Assembly (NCBI GenBank): GCA_964654325.1
Contig: CAZZJF010000001.1
Span: 6,606 to 70,605 of the forward strand
Direction of reading: 5' to 3'
DNA length: 64,000 nucleotides
Source of the DNA: an uncultured Ferruginibacter sp.
Lineage (GTDB): Bacteria; Bacteroidota; Bacteroidia; Chitinophagales; Chitinophagaceae
Shown: positions 9,572 through 19,335 of the stretch, piece after piece
Position numbering within the stretch: position 1 is the first letter of the stretch
How the letters are laid out: the number at the start of each line of letters is the position of its first letter
The notes under the pieces: generated by a model
Databases searched by the model: none
What the model was told of the DNA's origin: nothing
What the model saw: only the letters and a program-made list of their open reading frames with translations
Made by a program: the position numbers and the translations under genes

Positions 9572-9718
9572 TTTATCATCCAAGGTCATAGATTGAATGA
9601 TCCGATCAATCCGTTTCTCCATCTCCGGATTCTTTTTCTGGGCGAAGAGACTTGGCTTAGAACCAAGGATGAAAAAAAATAATACGGGCAGCAATCTGAT
9701 GAGCGACACTCCTGACAT
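9512..9718 (-). pseudogene. N-terminal remnant of a GH3 (BglX-like) glycosidase
   Basis: Signal peptide followed by EMEKRIDRIIQSMTLDDKSGELN, matching the GH3 N-terminal pattern I..LL..MTLEEKIGQLN; ORF ends after about 68 aa instead of about 750. Confidence 0.6.
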
Positions 9719-9944
9719 TCTTTGTTTTTTTAAATGGTGAAACAAGGTATGTTACGAATGGTCAATCAGGTAAAACAGCACCACATCAATAATACATCAA
9801 AAGAAATATCATGTGAATTGACGTAAAAAAAGGCCCAACTTCAATACATCAGTGAAAGGAAAACAAAAGACGTTTAGCCAATTGACTTCGTAAACGGCCG
9901 TACGCTAAATAATTAGAACAGTTGCTTTTGCTGAAATCAAGAAA

Positions 9945-11147
9945 TCAATTCACCTCCTCACTAACCACTTGTCCATCGATCAGTACCCGAATCACATTCG
10001 TGGTATACTCAAACGGATCCCCGTTGTATAGAACGAGATCGGCATCTTTACCAACGTCAATACTACCCACCCGTTTGTCGATACCCAACAACTTGGCTGG
10101 ATGAATGGTGATACATCGAAGCGCATCGGCATGGGATAGTCCGTATGGAATGGCCTGGGCCGCCTCCATAAGGACAATGCGTGTTTTCGGAACATAAGAT
10201 TCAAATCCGCTCTCAATGCTCACCGGAATACCGGCGGCAGTCAAGGTAGCGGCCGTCGACCGGCTCATGTTTAGCATGTCGCCGTCGTGACGGGCCATAG
10301 TGGCATGCAACACCACCTCTGCCCCAGCGGCCTTGATCTCGGGAATTAATCGATACGACTCGGCCGCTCCATCCAACACCAGTTTAAGTCCGAATTCCTT
10401 TGAAAGGCGGATAGCATTCATTATATCGACGGCGGTATTGGCGGTAATCAGTGCTTTGAGCTCTCCTTTCAGCAAGCGAGACAGGGCGTCGAGTTTGATA
10501 TCGAAAGCCGGCCGTTTGGTACTGTCTTTATCCTGCATTTTTTTCAAATAGTCTTTGGCCTTGATCAGTTCAGTGCGCATCATGGCCACTTGTTTGGCGC
10601 GCGTGCCCGGTGATGAAAAATACCAGGAGATATTGGGACCGAAGCTCATAGCCAGCATCGAAGCCGGCACCAGGGTTACCGATTCGGTAGTACCCGGTTT
10701 TGTTTTGACGACCATGGTTTGTCCACTTACCAACGCCCCGATACCATGTCCGGTATGCAGGGTGGTAATACCGTAGCCTCGGGCGACCTGCACGAGTTTC
10801 TCTTCCGGATTATAGGCATCCAGCGCCCGCAGTTCAGGTTGTATGGGCGATGAACGCTCCAGCTGATCCTGATCGACCGGAATATTCAATACGCCGGCCA
10901 TACCGATCACCGTGCGGGCATCAATCAGGCCGGGTGTTACTGCCCGGGCTTTCATAATAGTATATCCGGCCGGTATGGCGAGCTGATCGGCTGAACCAAC
11001 CGCTTCAATTTTACCGTTCTTAACCAGCACAATGCCATTTCGGATAAGCGGAGCCGTTACCGGGAAAACCGAATCAGCTTGTATGGCTATTTGAGCGAAA
11101 CCGGTCTGGCAAAACACCAATGCTAAAAATAATATTCGTTTATGCAT
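9945..11147 (-). CDS. Exported amidohydrolase-fold protein lacking metal ligands
   Basis: PGLIDARTVIG (no HxH), GSIDVGKDADLVLYNGDPF tail, signal peptide. Confidence 0.85.
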   Translation of the reverse strand: MHKRILFLALVFCQTGFAQIAIQADSVFPVTAPLIRNGIVLVKNGKIEAVGSADQLAIPAGYTIMKARAVTPGLIDARTVIGMAGVLNIPVDQDQLERSSPIQPELRALDAYNPEEKLVQVARGYGITTLHTGHGIGALVSGQTMVVKTKPGTTESVTLVPASMLAMSFGPNISWYFSSPGTRAKQVAMMRTELIKAKDYLKKMQDKDSTKRPAFDIKLDALSRLLKGELKALITANTAVDIMNAIRLSKEFGLKLVLDGAAESYRLIPEIKAAGAEVVLHATMARHDGDMLNMSRSTAATLTAAGIPVSIESGFESYVPKTRIVLMEAAQAIPYGLSHADALRCITIHPAKLLGIDKRVGSIDVGKDADLVLYNGDPFEYTTNVIRVLIDGQVVSEEVN

Positions 11148-11173
11148 GACTGTTATTATAGAATGATTGACTA

Positions 11174-12493
11174 TTATTTATCTGTATCGGTTTGATCACC
11201 ATGATGATGGTATTCGTTCCGTTCAGCACTGTATACTCCAAACCCACCGGTTAAGAAGGCCCGATCAGCCGGATTCGAAATATCGTACCGCTTGACCCCC
11301 TCTACCCAGGTTTGTTCCACCATGGTATATAAGCTGAATGGATCACCTGACAGGATAATAAAATCGGCATCTTTTCCTTTTTCCAACGACCCGACTTTGG
11401 AAGACAAATCCATGAGTTTAGCTCCGGTAAGCGTGAGCCCCTCCAGGGCTTTTTCACGACTCATCCCGTAGCGAACCGACATAGCGGCTGTGCGCAAAAA
11501 CAATCGGGAATCTGTTATGCCATCATCGGTATGAAACACCACGGAACAACCCGCTTTCTCTAAGATGCCTCCGGTTTTGAGGGTAAGCTGTGATGCTTCG
11601 AGCTTGCCCCCCGGTGCTTCGATATTAATAATTGAACAGGGTACGCCGGCCTTGGCAATTTCATCGGCCACCAACCAGCCTTCCGACAGATGATGCAAGA
11701 CTGCCCGCAAGCCGAATTCCTTGATGATCCGCAGGGCGGTGAGAATGTCATTGGATTTATGAGTGTGAAAATGCACCATCCGTTTGCCTTCCAACACTTC
11801 AACCAGTGGCTCCATTCGCAGATCGCGTTCCGGCATTTTGGTGCTGTCTTTTCCGGCCTTATCTCGTTTCTTTTTGTAATCTAGAGCTTTCAAATACAAC
11901 TCCCTGACCAGCGAGGCATTCTTTGCCCGGGTTCCCGGAAATCCGCTACTGCCACGCATCGGGTTCGTACCATTGGCCATTTTCATCCCGCCGAAAACGC
12001 CCTTCTCATTCACCAATAGCATATCCTCAATGGTTCGCGCATCGCGCATTTTGATATAAACCGTTTGCCCGCTCATCAAATGCCCGGAGCCGGGCATCAC
12101 ATTAATGGTGGTTATGCCCCCGGCCAATGCTTTTTTGAACCCATCACTGGTTGGATTGATTGCGTCCATCGCGCGTGTATCCGGATTGATTGGACTGGAA
12201 CCATCGCCACCTTCCGGTCCACCCAGGTGCGAATGCGTGTCGACCAAACCGGGCATGATGATTTTACCATTCACTTGGATTACCGTTGCATTAGCCGGCA
12301 CTGGTGTACGTGCATCCCCCACCTGCACGATTTTTCCATCCTGTACAATCAGCGTTCCGGACAGGATGGGTGGTCCGGCAATTGGATAAATCGTTGCTCC
12401 CTGAAAAACGGTTGGCTGTTTTTGCGCCAACGTGGTCATACTACTGAACAGGAGCAGGAGGAGCATCCAAACGGGTGTCGATGGGCTTTGCAT
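11174..12493 (-). CDS. Exported metal-dependent amidohydrolase
   Basis: PGLVDTHSH, GMKMANG, HFHTH, VLHH, HTDD, GSLEKGKDADFIILSGDPF. Confidence 0.9.
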   Translation of the reverse strand: MQSPSTPVWMLLLLLFSSMTTLAQKQPTVFQGATIYPIAGPPILSGTLIVQDGKIVQVGDARTPVPANATVIQVNGKIIMPGLVDTHSHLGGPEGGDGSSPINPDTRAMDAINPTSDGFKKALAGGITTINVMPGSGHLMSGQTVYIKMRDARTIEDMLLVNEKGVFGGMKMANGTNPMRGSSGFPGTRAKNASLVRELYLKALDYKKKRDKAGKDSTKMPERDLRMEPLVEVLEGKRMVHFHTHKSNDILTALRIIKEFGLRAVLHHLSEGWLVADEIAKAGVPCSIINIEAPGGKLEASQLTLKTGGILEKAGCSVVFHTDDGITDSRLFLRTAAMSVRYGMSREKALEGLTLTGAKLMDLSSKVGSLEKGKDADFIILSGDPFSLYTMVEQTWVEGVKRYDISNPADRAFLTGGFGVYSAERNEYHHHGDQTDTDK

Positions 12494-13115
12494 TTGTTTG
12501 ACTTTTTTCTTTTTGTGGAAATAGAATTCCGTGTGTAATGTACAAAATGCCGTTTGAAACAGCCACGGGTCGTTCCCGGATGGCCACTTTATTCAAATAG
12601 GCTTTTCCGTTGAAAAAGACGAATTCAACCGGTTTCCCGGATAACGTTGTGTAAATAGATCCGGATGGCTGTGCCGATAAATCGATCGCGCCTTCCACCA
12701 CATGGTTTAGGAGGATATTTTTTAGGGTGCTGTTCATGGCAGGCTCCGACCACTTCGATAAAACATCCGTTGCCAGTTTTTCAAAAGCCGAATCATCGGG
12801 GATGAAATAGGTACGAGGTCCCACGGTAAACTCTGATTCAAGTCCGGCCGTTGTCACCAACCGGGTGAATTGCTTAAAAAGACCGGTGGATTGCAAATGA
12901 TCCAACACCGGCTGTTCTGTATTGGAAGTGATTGACAAGCCGGTGGCATCCTTCACCGGTTCCGCCTGTTGGCCGGAACGAGATTCGGGAGAGGCCTGTT
13001 CATTGCTGCCGCAGGAAAAAAGCAGCACCAAACACGAAACCAAGAACAGTCTAGGCCTTTTTTCGTTATTCGCCGGTTTACGAAAGCAAGAAAATGTGAA
13101 AATCCTGTTAATCAT
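12441..13115 (-). CDS. Fasciclin (FAS1) domain lipoprotein
   Basis: Lipobox LLFSC; TYFIPDDSAF, ILLNHVV, SNGILYITHGILFP; start uncertain. Confidence 0.85.
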   Translation of the reverse strand: MINRIFTFSCFRKPANNEKRPRLFLVSCLVLLFSCGSNEQASPESRSGQQAEPVKDATGLSITSNTEQPVLDHLQSTGLFKQFTRLVTTAGLESEFTVGPRTYFIPDDSAFEKLATDVLSKWSEPAMNSTLKNILLNHVVEGAIDLSAQPSGSIYTTLSGKPVEFVFFNGKAYLNKVAIRERPVAVSNGILYITHGILFPQKEKSQTNAKPIDTRLDAPPAPVQ

Positions 13116-13259
13116 ACACTTATATACAATTAGCTGTTCGATTTGGTTGCGTTTTTGGCATTTTTTTAAGCAATACTTGTTGAGCTTTGGCAATAGAACC
13201 GCACCGATTTCGTTTGAATAGACGGAGCGTGCCCTTCAAAACGCTAAAAATGAATCCAT

Positions 13260-13415
13260 ATGAAAACCACCCTTTTTTCCAAAACCGGAAACCTGTATTT
13301 AAACTTGTTCCGCTTTTTTAACCGCTTATTACGCCACCCCGACTCCTATCCCGTTAAGTATTACAAAAAAGCAGACCGCTTCCGTAAAAACCGCAAGATG
13401 ACATATAGCATCTGA
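13260..13415 (+). CDS. Possible 51-aa basic small protein
   Basis: Hand-translated ATG..TGA ORF (MKTTLFSKTGNLYLNLFRFFNRLLRHPDSYPVKYYKKADRFRKNRKMTYSI) filling an otherwise empty gap; no homology recognised. Confidence 0.2.
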   Translation: MKTTLFSKTGNLYLNLFRFFNRLLRHPDSYPVKYYKKADRFRKNRKMTYSI

Positions 13416-13451
13416 TACGGAACCGGCGGTGCCTCTGCTCATCGTAATCGA

Positions 13452-16400
13452 TCAACTGAAGAGATATTCAACATCTGATCGGCTTAACGATTTCACAAAT
13501 CCATTTTCGTCGGCGATAAGCTCTTTAGCCAGGGTTCTTTTTTTCTCCTGTAGCTGCAGAATCTTATCCTCGATGGTATCCACACAGATCATCCGGTAGG
13601 CAAAAATATTTTTAGTTTGTCCTATTCGATGGGTTCGATCGATCGCTTGTTGTTCGACGGCTGGATTCCACCAAGGGTCAACAATATATACATAGTCGGC
13701 AGCCGTCAGGTTTAACCCCACGCCACCGGCTTTGAGTGAGATAAGAAAAACCCGGCAGGTATCTTCTTCCTGAAATAATCGGATGGCTTTTTCCCGATCA
13801 CCGGTTGTGGTACTTCCATCAAAATAGGCATACGGAATCTGTAACGCTTCCAGTTGCTTTCGGATCAATCCAAGCATGCCGAGAAATTGGGAGAAAACCA
13901 GCGCCTTGTGTTCCCCGATGTTTTCGGTGATCTCACGGGTCAGCTCATCGAGCTTGATGGACGTGTTCGGATACTTGACATCCTCGTTGAGGATAGCGGG
14001 ACTGTCGCAGATCTGACGTAGTTTCATCAAGCCCTGTAATATAGTAAGCTGCGATTTGTCTATCCCTTGTTGATCGATAGTTCCCAGAATTTTTTCGCGG
14101 AAGGCATTCCGATACGCTTCATAAATCGACCGTTGTTCTTCTTCCATTTCACAAAACAGGATGGTTTCTGTTTTTTCGGGAAGGTCTTTGGCCACTTGTT
14201 CTTTGGTGCGCCGAAGGATGAACGGATGCAATAATTTGCGCAAATGCTCTTTATGTTCCGCTTCGCCGAATTTATCAATTGGTGTAGCAAACTCGTCGCG
14301 GAAATACTCCATACTACCCAGCAATCCGGGGTTCAGAAAATTCATCTGGGCATAAATATCGAAGGTATTGTTCTGCAAAGGCGTACCACTCATGCAGATG
14401 CGGTTTTTGGCAGTCAGCAGTGTAGCTGCCTTGGTTACTTTAGATGAAGGATTTTTGATGGCCTGGCTTTCATCCAGCACGATGTAATCGAAAAACAGTT
14501 GTAAAAACAAGCTGATATCACTGCGCAACGTGCCATAGGTAGTGATCAGAATATTGAACCCGTTCAGCTCCTCCGGTTTACGGTATCGGGCATTGCCATG
14601 GTGTATATGATAGGTGAGCTCCGGTGTAAACTTTCGAACTTCATTCTGCCAGTTGTAAATCAAGGTAGTTGGACAAACCACGAGGGCAAGCAGCTGGCCA
14701 TTCGACTGTCGATACTGCTGCAACATGGTAAGAGCCTGTACCGTTTTACCCAAACCCATATCATCAGCCAGGATTCCACCCCAACCTACTTCATTCAAAT
14801 AATGCAGCCAGTGAAATCCGGCTTCCTGATAAGGACGCAGGACCGGCACTAGGTTTTCGGGCGGTCGACGTTTGGGTATTTTTTTGAAACCCCGCAGCCG
14901 TTCCATTTTTTCATCCAGCGCGAAACTGATTTCCTGCTCATCCCGGTTTTCATATAATTCATCAATGACACTCAGATGATAGCGCGAAAGCCGTAGTTTA
15001 TCTGTTTTCCCGTCGCCAACTTTGAACAGCAATGCATATTTCTTGATCCATTCGTCGGGCAGGATACCAAGTGTTCCATCCCCCAACTGAACAAAGGTTT
15101 GTTTGTCGGCCAGTGCTTTTTTAATATCGTTTATGCCTACCCGTTGACCATCAAAATCGATTTCCACGCGAGCATCGAACCAGTCGAGCCCACTGCTTAC
15201 ATGGATCTGTGTTTTGGGTCGGGCGGTATTGAACTTGAAATGACGCAAGGTTTCAAAACCAAACACCGGCACTTTCATTTCATTCATGGCATCCATGAAC
15301 AGAAAAAACCAGTTTTGTTTCAACACCTCACTGCCGCGTAGATACAATGAGCGACCATCCTGATGCAATGAGAAGGATGAATGCAAGGATTCCAGCGATT
15401 GAAAAAAGGCGTTTTCTTTTTCACGATTCCGGTAGATCAGCAACACTTTGTCATCAATTGGCAAGGTGATGGTATCGGTACCGCCGGCCTTCACATCATA
15501 TCCCTGGTAATTGAAAACCGGTATGAACAGTAAATTCTCGCCCTGTTCCATCAGTTGCAGCTTGATCTCCGGAATGATTCCTTTCACCTCCTTCAGCAGC
15601 GACTTGTCAAACGCCACCTGATAGGTTCGGCTTAACGGTAAGATCTGCTCATGGAGCATTCGGCGCCAGGCTTCGGGTGTATCGGCAACAGTCCCTTTTT
15701 GAAGAAACTCCTCTGAGTGAAGGGCGTCTTCCATTTTATCCCAGGTGAAAAGGGTATGTTGGTGTATGAAAATCAGGTGATGTTCCAGCAGGTTTGCTTC
15801 AAGGGGAACCATGGATGAGCCGGCCTTTACTTGTCCCAGCAACTTCATCACCCCTTTGGCAACCTGCACCTTGTATACCGGATGAAGCATAGACTCGCTC
15901 CATTGGGTGTCTTGCAATTGAGCCGTTACGAATTTCTTGCCGGCTGGCAGCAAAAACACAAACGGGTGTGACGCATGGGTCGTAAAGAGTTTTTTCAATT
16001 TGGGATGCAGATACTCAATAATCAACCGGCGGGTTTCTTCCGGTAACGTATCGCCTTCCTCCTGAATGATATTATCCCAGATAGCACTGAAAGGCGAATT
16101 GCGGGATACAAATTTGTTGATTTCAGACTCCTGCATCTTACGGACCAGTAGCAGCATCGACTGATCCTCCGGCTCCAGTGTATCCAAATCGATATGTTTT
16201 GATAAATCCAGCAGTTCGGTTTTGCCAACATATCGAAGGTTATCTTCATCGGCTTCCCCTTTGATACAGTGTATGGTAAACCCCGGAAATCGTTTGGCAT
16301 CCAGTTGAAAAACAACCCCAATACGGTAACGGACAGACGCTACCACTTTTTCTTTCACAGGCACTCCGACAGGCTGCGCTGATGGAGCAGGCAATGGACT

Positions 16401-17249
16401 TGCCGGCTTTTCGACAGCTATCGGTGTGGCTACCCGTTTGATGGATGGATCCAGTACTTTCAGAAACGGCTTTCCTTCTTTATAGATAAATTCAAATTTC
16501 CCGCTCAGGTCATCTTGCAGACTGTACCCATAAATCTGGAGCAATTTGTTTTTTTCTTTGTCCCAATCTCGTATCGAATCAAAATAATGCGGACCATAGG
16601 CATTGAGCAACTGCAGAAAAAGCAGTGTTTTGTGTTCACATAAGGGATATCGGGCTTCGCTGCAGGAGCAGGATGTATCGAAATTACGCTCCTCATTTTT
16701 ACGAATGATGACCGGAAAGGTAATGTCATTGACTATGAGCTCGGCCTCAACACATTCGTTGGCTGCCCGCAGAATATTTGCTTTTTTGGTACGAAGAATC
16801 GTTTCGGCTTTATCATAGATATCTGGCGACGAGAGCATTTTGATCGACTTCAGGTCAATCTGTTTCATCTTCAGCATGGTATGACGCTGATCAAAATCGA
16901 TATTGAGATTACCCAACATGTTTTTATCGGCCATGTCCTGGAGCCGAAACAAGGCAGCGGCCTCATGGCGGCAGATATCGCCCATGTTATACGGACACGT
17001 GCACCGCATAGACAGCTGGCGCACATCCGTGTATTTCTGAACATTTACTTTATAGAACGTGGCATAGCTGTCATCCTTCACCCGGAATACAATAGTGGAG
17101 GCCATGGGATCATGATCCACCATTTCAATGAAACCGGTTGAATGAATTTTTTTCGCCCGACGAATAACCTCGTCGGAGCCGTTATTGTAGATATATTTTA
17201 GAACTTGGAGTTGTGCCACCGTTGCCTTTTTGGGTTCCTGTCGACACAA
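13452..17249 (-). CDS. SWIM zinc-finger SNF2-family helicase
   Basis: Two SWIM motifs (CTC...CRH, CSC...CEH); LADDMGLGKT, LDESQAIKN, SGTPLQN, SLKAGGVGLNLTAAD, QAIDRTHRIGQ. Confidence 0.95.
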   Translation of the reverse strand: MCRQEPKKATVAQLQVLKYIYNNGSDEVIRRAKKIHSTGFIEMVDHDPMASTIVFRVKDDSYATFYKVNVQKYTDVRQLSMRCTCPYNMGDICRHEAAALFRLQDMADKNMLGNLNIDFDQRHTMLKMKQIDLKSIKMLSSPDIYDKAETILRTKKANILRAANECVEAELIVNDITFPVIIRKNEERNFDTSCSCSEARYPLCEHKTLLFLQLLNAYGPHYFDSIRDWDKEKNKLLQIYGYSLQDDLSGKFEFIYKEGKPFLKVLDPSIKRVATPIAVEKPASPLPAPSAQPVGVPVKEKVVASVRYRIGVVFQLDAKRFPGFTIHCIKGEADEDNLRYVGKTELLDLSKHIDLDTLEPEDQSMLLLVRKMQESEINKFVSRNSPFSAIWDNIIQEEGDTLPEETRRLIIEYLHPKLKKLFTTHASHPFVFLLPAGKKFVTAQLQDTQWSESMLHPVYKVQVAKGVMKLLGQVKAGSSMVPLEANLLEHHLIFIHQHTLFTWDKMEDALHSEEFLQKGTVADTPEAWRRMLHEQILPLSRTYQVAFDKSLLKEVKGIIPEIKLQLMEQGENLLFIPVFNYQGYDVKAGGTDTITLPIDDKVLLIYRNREKENAFFQSLESLHSSFSLHQDGRSLYLRGSEVLKQNWFFLFMDAMNEMKVPVFGFETLRHFKFNTARPKTQIHVSSGLDWFDARVEIDFDGQRVGINDIKKALADKQTFVQLGDGTLGILPDEWIKKYALLFKVGDGKTDKLRLSRYHLSVIDELYENRDEQEISFALDEKMERLRGFKKIPKRRPPENLVPVLRPYQEAGFHWLHYLNEVGWGGILADDMGLGKTVQALTMLQQYRQSNGQLLALVVCPTTLIYNWQNEVRKFTPELTYHIHHGNARYRKPEELNGFNILITTYGTLRSDISLFLQLFFDYIVLDESQAIKNPSSKVTKAATLLTAKNRICMSGTPLQNNTFDIYAQMNFLNPGLLGSMEYFRDEFATPIDKFGEAEHKEHLRKLLHPFILRRTKEQVAKDLPEKTETILFCEMEEEQRSIYEAYRNAFREKILGTIDQQGIDKSQLTILQGLMKLRQICDSPAILNEDVKYPNTSIKLDELTREITENIGEHKALVFSQFLGMLGLIRKQLEALQIPYAYFDGSTTTGDREKAIRLFQEEDTCRVFLISLKAGGVGLNLTAADYVYIVDPWWNPAVEQQAIDRTHRIGQTKNIFAYRMICVDTIEDKILQLQEKKRTLAKELIADENGFVKSLSRSDVEYLFS

Positions 17250-17275
17250 CGATGCGTTGCGAACAGGGCAATTTG

Positions 17276-17283
17276 CAAAAGTA
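17276..17283 (-). promoter_or_regulatory. -7 promoter element for the SNF2 gene
   Basis: TACTTTTG on the - strand, about 27 nt upstream of the start. Confidence 0.55.
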
Positions 17284-17345
17284 ACGGAATTTGATCCACC
17301 TGTAGAAGCACATCGGATCGATTGTGGACAACTTTAAGCGAACGC

Positions 17346-18077
17346 TTACCCGGCAATCAGTTTACCTTCTTTGTAAAGGGGCAGAACCGGCGCCGTGTCT
17401 TCTGTCAAACAATGGCGGATATCCTTTTCCAATCCAAATGAAGACAGCCGTAAATAATGCGAAGCTTCATTGGATTTCATGAATTCAAACAAATCGGGCT
17501 TGGCTTCGCGATAAAGCTGGTGCGCCATTTTGGAGGCATCACAATGGCGGTGAAAATGAGCTCCGATTCGATCAATAACCGCACCGGCAAATAATGTGTC
17601 TTCAAGATTCACGCGGTCTTTCCAGGCGGCGCAACCCAGTAAAACCGGTTTGTTTTCTCGCAGCAAATAATCACAAACCGCCGACAGGTTGGAAAAGGAG
17701 CCGGTAATAATCTGATTAGCATCCCGGGCAAGAGCCATGTGCAAAAGCTTCGTGCCATTGGTGGTCGTTAATACCAGTGTTTTGCCACCAATAAAGGATT
17801 CGGGGTATTCAAACGGCGAGTTGCCGTACTGCAACCCTTCTGCCACTTTACCGTCACGCTCGCCGGCCGTAACAGCAGCCATCTGGGCACCAATCCGGAT
17901 GCATTCCGCTACACTGTCTACCGGCACAACCGCATGGGCTTTGTTATGCAGCGCAGTGGCGATGGTAGACGTTGCTCTCAACACGTCAATGATAACCACA
18001 ATACTGTCGCGGATATCATATAAAGATAGTAACGCCGGGGATAAACAGGTATACAGCGAGGGCTTTTCGGATTTCAT
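17346..18077 (-). CDS. comB: 2-phosphosulfolactate phosphatase family protein
   Basis: VIIDVLRATSTI, GERDG, GNSPFEY, LTTTNGT, LEDTLFAG. Confidence 0.88.
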   Translation of the reverse strand: MKSEKPSLYTCLSPALLSLYDIRDSIVVIIDVLRATSTIATALHNKAHAVVPVDSVAECIRIGAQMAAVTAGERDGKVAEGLQYGNSPFEYPESFIGGKTLVLTTTNGTKLLHMALARDANQIITGSFSNLSAVCDYLLRENKPVLLGCAAWKDRVNLEDTLFAGAVIDRIGAHFHRHCDASKMAHQLYREAKPDLFEFMKSNEASHYLRLSSFGLEKDIRHCLTEDTAPVLPLYKEGKLIAG

Positions 18078-18088
18078 TGCAAATAGTA

Positions 18089-19174
18089 TTAAATAAACGG
18101 CGTTTTCACGATACGGGCTTTGACCAACTGTTCGCGGATGTTGATGTAAATGATTTGTCCGGGAACAGCCAGGTCGGTTCGTACATACCCCATACCAATC
18201 GCTTTGGACAGCGTTGGCGACTGGGTTCCGGATGTCACTTTTCCGATTGGGGCACCGGACTCATCCGTGATGACATGATCATGCCGCGCGATACCACGTT
18301 CGATCAATTCAAAACCAACAAGCTTGCGGGCGGTTCCGTTGGCTTTTTGTTGTTCAAACGTGTCACGTGATTTGAACGGCTTGGTGAACTTCGTGATCCA
18401 GCCCAATCCGGCTTCGATGGGTGATGTATGGTCATCGATGTCGTTGCCATAAAGGCAAAATCCCATTTCAAGGCGCAAGGTATCTCTAGCGCCTAACCCA
18501 GCTGGTTTTAGTCCATATGCCACTCCGGCCTGCATGATGGCATTCCAGATATGGGTAGCCTTTTCGGGGTCCGCGTCAAAATAAATCTCCACACCGCCGG
18601 CACCGGTATAACCGGTTGCACTAATCAGCACATTATCTACGCCTGCAAAAGTTCCTTTAACAAAAGTATAATACGGCAGATTGATTAAATCCATATCAGT
18701 GAGCGGCTGTAACAATGTGGTGGCTTTGGGTCCTTGTACCGCCAATAGCGCCGTTCGTTCTGAGATGTCTTGCATGTCAACGCCATAGTGATTGTTGGCA
18801 CTGATCCAGTTCCAGTCTTTTTCGATATTGCCGGCATTGACAACCAGCATGTAGGCCTTGTTTTCGTCGAGGCAGTAGACCAGCAGATCATCGATGATAC
18901 CGCCTTGATCATTGGGCATACAACTGTATTGTACTTTTCCCTTGGTAAGTTTAGCGGCATCGTTGCTGGTCAGGTCTTGGATAAGTGTCAGCGCTTGCGG
19001 TCCTTTCAGGATAAATTCACCCATGTGGCTCACATCGAACAGTCCGGCTTGTTGGCGAACCGCCTGGTGTTCATCATTGATGCCGGTGTATGAGATGGGC
19101 ATATTGAAACCGGCAAAAGCGGCCATGCGGGCACCAAGTGCTGTGTGTTGCTGGGTAAAGGGTGTTCCTTTCAT
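18089..19174 (-). CDS. gcvT: Glycine cleavage system aminomethyltransferase T
   Basis: [35 protein letters not shown]; start set at MKGTPF. Confidence 0.97.
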   Translation of the reverse strand: MKGTPFTQQHTALGARMAAFAGFNMPISYTGINDEHQAVRQQAGLFDVSHMGEFILKGPQALTLIQDLTSNDAAKLTKGKVQYSCMPNDQGGIIDDLLVYCLDENKAYMLVVNAGNIEKDWNWISANNHYGVDMQDISERTALLAVQGPKATTLLQPLTDMDLINLPYYTFVKGTFAGVDNVLISATGYTGAGGVEIYFDADPEKATHIWNAIMQAGVAYGLKPAGLGARDTLRLEMGFCLYGNDIDDHTSPIEAGLGWITKFTKPFKSRDTFEQQKANGTARKLVGFELIERGIARHDHVITDESGAPIGKVTSGTQSPTLSKAIGMGYVRTDLAVPGQIIYINIREQLVKARIVKTPFI

Positions 19175-19217
19175 AATTGGTTGGATGCGTTTGAAAACGG
19201 ATGTTCGTTTTGTGGCG

Positions 19218-19225
19218 CAAAGGTA
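19218..19225 (-). promoter_or_regulatory. -7 promoter element for gcvT-comB
   Basis: TACCTTTG on the - strand. Confidence 0.55.
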
Positions 19226-19335
19226 ATAAATCCAACCGGTGTGGTTTAGCATATCAGCAACCAGCTTGCACCAGCAAGCTAAGTTTGTACAATAGGCTTA
19301 TCATTCCTACATTTGATAAACCCAAACCGGATGTA

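Noticed and set aside
12065-12538. 157-aa + strand ORF
   Set aside because: Antisense to the amidohydrolase; shadow-like composition
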